Assembly (NCBI GenBank): GCA_964013535.1
Contig: CAXGWS010000003.1
Location: 36,719 to 100,718, forward strand
DNA from: an uncultured Candidatus Poseidoniales archaeon
GTDB lineage: Archaea > Thermoplasmatota > Poseidoniia > Poseidoniales > Poseidoniaceae
Reading direction: 5' to 3'
Length of the DNA: 64,000 nt
Shown: positions 59,364 through 64,000 of the stretch, one piece after another
How positions within the stretch are numbered: the stretch's first letter is position 1
Layout: each line of letters begins with the position of its first letter
Notes under the pieces: generated by a model
Databases searched by the model: none
The model's input: the letters and a program-made list of their open reading frames with translations, nothing else
What the model was told of the DNA's origin: nothing
Made by a program: the position numbers and the translations under genes

Positions 59364-61163
59364 ATGTCAAACAATAACGACAACACATTGGCAATCCTAT
59401 TTGGTTCGCAAACAGGTAATGCAGAAGAATTAGCTGAAAACACAAAAAAACTCGCTGACAAGGCCGGATTGGACTCTCAAGTCTTTGATATGGATGGTTT
59501 TAGTGCAGCAAACCTTACCAATTACAAGAGGATTTTCATTATTACCTCAACATGGGGTGAAGGAGAAATGCCCGACAATGCAATCGACTTGTGGGAGTCC
59601 GTCTGCTCTCAAGGGCCACAACTTAACGGAGTGCACTTTTCTGTCTGTGCTATTGGCGATACTTCATACGATGAGTTTTGCCAAGCAGGTATTGATTGGG
59701 ACAATAAACTACAGGAACTCGGCGGTAACAGAACCACTGAAATACAACTGTGTGATGTTGATTTTGAACCTGAATGGCAACAATGGGTCGACAAAGCAGT
59801 TCCCGCAATGGCGGCCATAGTAATACCCGTTGATAGTACTGAGAGTGAGGCAGAAGATGAGCCTGAAGTAGTTCAAGAAGTAGTTGCCGTAGAACCAGAA
59901 GTTAAGGCCGGGAAATCCGAATGGAGCGCAAAGAATCCATACTTTACCAACATCGTTGAAAACTATGTGCTAAATGGTGAGGGATCAAAGAAAGAAACCA
60001 GGCACATTGTTTTCGAACTTGGTGACTCGGGATTAGATTACAAGGTTGGTGATGCGCTTGGAGTGGTTCCAGAAAATCCACCTCATATCGTCGAGGAACT
60101 TATCCAAATTCAAGGCTGGGATAGAGATTATAAGGTTACAACTCACAACGGTGAAAGGTCACTCTATGATGCTTTGAAACTCGATTACGAAGTGCATATG
60201 GCAAGCAAGAAATTTGTCCAGTCATTATCTGAAAAGATAGTTTCTAGTGGTCTGAAGATTACTGTTAAATTTGTCTCTAGAACCCGAGGTAAACAGCAAT
60301 GGGATGCGAGTGAACAAGAGCTCCTGCCTCCCGAACTTCTTCCCAATGCACCATCAGAAGAGCCAAGCGAGAAAATCGAACACCTCATCAATGATGCAAA
60401 GGCCATGGAAGATTACCTCTGGACTCGAGATTATGTTGATATCCTAAGGGAGTTCGATGCGAAGTACTCACCAGAAGAATTCTTGGAACTTGCTGGAAGA
60501 TTGAAGCCAAGATTGTACTCTATTGCCTCATCACATGATGCCCACCCTGGTCTGGTAGAATTGACCGTTGGTATCGTACGATTCAGTTATCATGGTAGAG
60601 AGCGTGGTGGACTATGTACACAATACATGGCAGATGAAATTGGAATTTCTGATAAGCAAGTCGGAGTTTTTATGTCACCAACCAAATCATTTGTTCTGCC
60701 AGAAGACAAAGATATCGACATCATAATGGTCGGACCCGGTACAGGTATAGCACCGTTTAGAGCCTTCATGGAACAGAGGATATTCGATGGTGGAAAGGGT
60801 AAGAATTGGCTATTCTTTGGTGACCAATCCTCGAAGACTGAATTCTACTACAAAGAATCGATTGAATCATGGCTTGATAGCGGTGATTTGTATCGCTTTA
60901 CGACTGCATGGTCGAGAGACCAAGCAGAGAAGATATATGTTCAGCACAGACTAAAAGAGCACGGTGCTGAAGTCTGGGAATGGTTCGAAAGAGGTGCTTA
61001 CTTCTATATTTGTGGCGATAAGACATACATGGCCAAAGATGTACACAGGGCACTAATAGAAATTGCCATCGAACATGGTGGAATGTCGGAAGCAGACGCC
61101 ACTCACTTTATTGAAAAGACGATGATGAAGGAGCAGAAGCGTTACCTCAGAGACGTCTATTGA
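59364..61163 (+). CDS. Diflavin NADPH oxidoreductase (flavodoxin + FAD/NADPH domains; CysJ/CPR-like)
   Basis: GSQTGNAE, STWGEGE.PDNA, RLYSIASS, GPGTGIAPFR, YICGD and C-terminal RYLRDVY. Confidence 0.92.
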   Translation: MSNNNDNTLAILFGSQTGNAEELAENTKKLADKAGLDSQVFDMDGFSAANLTNYKRIFIITSTWGEGEMPDNAIDLWESVCSQGPQLNGVHFSVCAIGDTSYDEFCQAGIDWDNKLQELGGNRTTEIQLCDVDFEPEWQQWVDKAVPAMAAIVIPVDSTESEAEDEPEVVQEVVAVEPEVKAGKSEWSAKNPYFTNIVENYVLNGEGSKKETRHIVFELGDSGLDYKVGDALGVVPENPPHIVEELIQIQGWDRDYKVTTHNGERSLYDALKLDYEVHMASKKFVQSLSEKIVSSGLKITVKFVSRTRGKQQWDASEQELLPPELLPNAPSEEPSEKIEHLINDAKAMEDYLWTRDYVDILREFDAKYSPEEFLELAGRLKPRLYSIASSHDAHPGLVELTVGIVRFSYHGRERGGLCTQYMADEIGISDKQVGVFMSPTKSFVLPEDKDIDIIMVGPGTGIAPFRAFMEQRIFDGGKGKNWLFFGDQSSKTEFYYKESIESWLDSGDLYRFTTAWSRDQAEKIYVQHRLKEHGAEVWEWFERGAYFYICGDKTYMAKDVHRALIEIAIEHGGMSEADATHFIEKTMMKEQKRYLRDVY

Positions 61164-61634
61164 TTACAAACCGGCATCTGGTAATTCTACACATCTTATC
61201 GGGATGTGATGACTCTCAGCCATTTCTATCATGCGCTTGGTCCATACCGAATCAGGGCCAGGAAATGCCAGCATATGAGTTGCATGCTCCAACATTTCTT
61301 TTGCTAGCGTTGCAACTGCCTCTGGCCTACCACTATCCAATTCGGAATTTGGTCTTGGGCTCTGCCACGCTTCGGTATAAACTGCTAAAGGAATATTTTG
61401 ATTGTCAGCCCAACGCTCTGCTAAGTAATCTACTCCACTCGCCCCTCCAATAATTACCATGTCCGGGTAAGCATACAACTCAACCCAATTGTCGAGCTGG
61501 TTCTCGAGCCAAGAGTAGTCGTAAAATTTCGAATTTCCGCAAATTACTAAATTGATTATCTGTCCATCTTTATTGAGATCTTTTCCACCTAACTCGGCGA
61601 CGACTTCCGCACCTGATTTGTCCACCCGTATCAT
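61164..61634 (-). CDS. SLOG-superfamily (DUF2493/YspA-like) protein
   Basis: VICG...F.DY, GGASGVD.LAERWA and LAFPG...T..MI. Confidence 0.7.
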   Translation of the reverse strand: MIRVDKSGAEVVAELGGKDLNKDGQIINLVICGNSKFYDYSWLENQLDNWVELYAYPDMVIIGGASGVDYLAERWADNQNIPLAVYTEAWQSPRPNSELDSGRPEAVATLAKEMLEHATHMLAFPGPDSVWTKRMIEMAESHHIPIRCVELPDAGL

Positions 61635-61815
61635 AATGTTCCATCACCATTCTATAATATTAATATATTCGATAATTCGTAATATTATGGCGAAAAAACG
61701 CCTAAATTTTGACCCTTTTTCGGATATTTTTGCCGGAATCCGGCATTCGCAAGTAAGGTTCTTTACCCGTTATTCAACCGTTTTACTCATAGATTACCGA
61801 TGATTACCATGATTT

Positions 61816-63156
61816 ATGGGATTCAAGCGAGTCTTAATTGCAAACCGTGGGGAGATTGCCCTCAGGATTCTCCGAACTCTAAGGGATATGGGCATCGAAG
61901 CGGCCATAATTCATGGCAAGGAAGATAGATTATCTCTTCCGGTAATGATGTCTGATATTGCCTATCCAAATTACTGTTCAAATCCACTCGACTCATATCT
62001 TGATATCGAGGCAGTTGTTCAAGCAGCCAAAGAATTAGACTGTGATGCAGTACATCCAGGATACGGTTTCTTGGCGGAAAACGCTCATTTCGTCAAGCGT
62101 TTGACAGAGGAAGGTATCACCTTTATTGGTCCTGCCAGCGAAGTAATCACCCTACTTGGCGACAAAATTGAAGCCAGAGCAGCAATGGAAGCGGCTGGAT
62201 TGCCGGTGGCAAAAGGCTCGTCAGAACCAATATCGGACGAAAAAGTGGCGAGTTCACTCGCTGATGAAATAGGCTATCCTGTCATAATCAAAGCAGCTGC
62301 AGGAGGTGGTGGTATCGGTATGCAAATCGTTGAGGAGGAATCACAGTTTGCGAGTGCATTGAAACTATGTATGTCGCGGGCGAAATCTGCTTTTGGAGAT
62401 GAACGAGTATTTGTTGAGAAGTATATTCAAGGCGCACAGCACGTAGAGTTTCAAGTTCTTGCAGATGGAAATAAAGCGATTCATTTTGGCGAGCGGTTTT
62501 GTTCTATCCAAAGAAGGCATCAAAAGCTTGTCGAAGAGGGGCCATGGTTATCAGATGAAAAGCGGGCAGAAATAGGTGAACTGGTTTGCAAAGGTGCAGA
62601 ATCTGTGGGCTACAAGGGCTTAGCAACCTTCGAGTTTCTTCGAGACGCAAATGGCGATTTTTACTTCTTAGAGGTAAACCCAAGAGTTCAGGTCGAACAC
62701 ACAGTAACCGAATTAATTACTGGATACAATCTTGTTGAACTTGGTATTAGGGTGGCTCAAGGTGAAGCATTGCCGCTCAATCAGTCAGACATTAAGTGGC
62801 GAGGTCATGCTATTCAATGCCGGTTAAACGCAGAGGATCCAAAGGAATTCGTACCGAGTCCCGGTAGATTATGGGATTGTCACTTTCCTTCCGGATTTGG
62901 TATAAGATGCGATACTCACGCACATCCGGGATACGAGATGCCGGGATGCTTTGATTCATTATTAGCAAAACTGCTGACTTGGGGTCATGACAGAGATGAT
63001 GCTATCAGAAGAATGCGGACTGCTTTAGATGAAACTCAAATTACTGGTGTTCAACATCTAATTCCTCTGCATCGAAGAATTATGGATGAGCAGGATTTCC
63101 TCAACCGCGAGGTCACCATACAATACATTGACAATCATCAAGAATTACTTGGCTGA
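61816..63156 (+). CDS. accC: Biotin carboxylase subunit of acyl-CoA carboxylase
   Basis: ANRGEIA, HPGYGFLAEN, KAAAGGGG, CSIQRRHQK and EVNPRVQVEH. Confidence 0.93.
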   Translation: MGFKRVLIANRGEIALRILRTLRDMGIEAAIIHGKEDRLSLPVMMSDIAYPNYCSNPLDSYLDIEAVVQAAKELDCDAVHPGYGFLAENAHFVKRLTEEGITFIGPASEVITLLGDKIEARAAMEAAGLPVAKGSSEPISDEKVASSLADEIGYPVIIKAAAGGGGIGMQIVEEESQFASALKLCMSRAKSAFGDERVFVEKYIQGAQHVEFQVLADGNKAIHFGERFCSIQRRHQKLVEEGPWLSDEKRAEIGELVCKGAESVGYKGLATFEFLRDANGDFYFLEVNPRVQVEHTVTELITGYNLVELGIRVAQGEALPLNQSDIKWRGHAIQCRLNAEDPKEFVPSPGRLWDCHFPSGFGIRCDTHAHPGYEMPGCFDSLLAKLLTWGHDRDDAIRRMRTALDETQITGVQHLIPLHRRIMDEQDFLNREVTIQYIDNHQELLG

Positions 63157-63165
63157 GGTGGTATT

Positions 63166-64000
63166 TTGGATGTGTTAATGGTCGGAAGTATTGCATACGA
63201 TAGTGTCACTTCACCTGCAGGTAATGTTGAAGACGCACTGGGTGGCTCTGCAGTTTACGCTGGTATTGCCAGTAGATTTCACGGTAATTACCTCAATCTC
63301 GACAGCATCGGTTTAGTAGGTGTAGTTGGAAGTGATTTCAAGTCGAGCGATATTGCTATGTTGGAATCTCAAGGTTTAGATTTGACTGGATTAGAAATCG
63401 CTGATGGCAAGACCTTTCGCTGGGAGGGATCCTATCATGGAGATATGGGCGTAGCACAAACCCATGACACGCAGTTGAATGTGTTCGGTGATTTTGACCC
63501 AAAGGTTCCTGCAAGCTCAACGACTCCAAAGGTTCTATTTTGCGCAAACCTCATCCCCATGCTTCAATTGAAGGTTCTCGAACAAGCGAAAGGAACTAGG
63601 CTTTCGATGCTTGATTCAATGAACTTGTGGATAGAGATTGCAAGAGATGATTTATTGTCGGTAATGAGAAGAGTAGACCTGATAATAATCAACGATGGAG
63701 AGGTTAGGATGCTCACTGGCGATGACAATCTTGTTCGCGCAGCAAAAGCCCTAGTCAAAATGGTCAATTGTCAAACTCTAATTGTAAAGAAAGGAGAAAA
63801 TGGAGTAATGGCGTTTCATGGCGATGAGATCATTGCATTACCTGCGTATCCAACCGAGAGCGTGGTAGACCCGACCGGTTGTGGAGACTCATTTGCTGGT
63901 ACAATTGCCGCTTATTTGGCATCTAATGATGGTGTTCTTACCAGAGACGAACTAAGACAAGCACTGGTCAGAGCCACGGTTACTGCAAGTTTCACTTTAG
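63166..64000 (+). CDS. PfkB-family carbohydrate/nucleoside kinase, truncated by window edge
   Basis: Not in the ORF track. TTG start after GAGGTG gives MDVLMVGSIAYD...LGGSAVYA; VDPTGCGDSFAG near 63865-63900. Confidence 0.9.
   Translation, partial: MDVLMVGSIAYDSVTSPAGNVEDALGGSAVYAGIASRFHGNYLNLDSIGLVGVVGSDFKSSDIAMLESQGLDLTGLEIADGKTFRWEGSYHGDMGVAQTHDTQLNVFGDFDPKVPASSTTPKVLFCANLIPMLQLKVLEQAKGTRLSMLDSMNLWIEIARDDLLSVMRRVDLIIINDGEVRMLTGDDNLVRAAKALVKMVNCQTLIVKKGENGVMAFHGDEIIALPAYPTESVVDPTGCGDSFAGTIAAYLASNDGVLTRDELRQALVRATVTASFTL

Noticed and set aside
1..64000. CRISPR array, rRNA, transposase or provirus; numerous short antisense ORFs
   Set aside because: No regularly spaced repeats or hallmark genes were seen; the short ORFs lie antisense to or inside well-supported genes.

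Overview
Gene-dense archaeal chromosomal segment, most consistent with Marine Group II Euryarchaeota (Ca. Poseidoniales). This is inferred from Orc1/Cdc6, Alba, Bud32, archaeal Lhr, presenilin/PSH and a DUF3860-type protein together with many bacterial-type metabolic genes. About 55 CDS and one tRNA-Gly(GCC) are present; no CRISPR array, rRNA or mobile element was seen. Highlights: (1) a dispersed aerobic aromatic-CoA ring-epoxidation gene set (BoxB-like diiron epoxidase, half-length BoxC-like crotonase, PaaG/PaaH-like enzymes, ALDH, HTH-10 regulator with a palindromic site) that has no BoxA/PaaE, with an orphan diflavin reductase elsewhere in the window; (2) an unannotated, roughly 300-nt, five-armed structured RNA candidate at 53989-54295; (3) a candidate replication origin at about 51.2-51.8 kb with an ORB-like element embedded in a wHTH gene, about 5 kb from cdc6; (4) two genes whose reading frames point to non-canonical (CTG/ATT) starts, one restoring a class III pilin signal peptide in a type IV pilus operon. 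All calls come from reading motifs by eye; no database searches were run.
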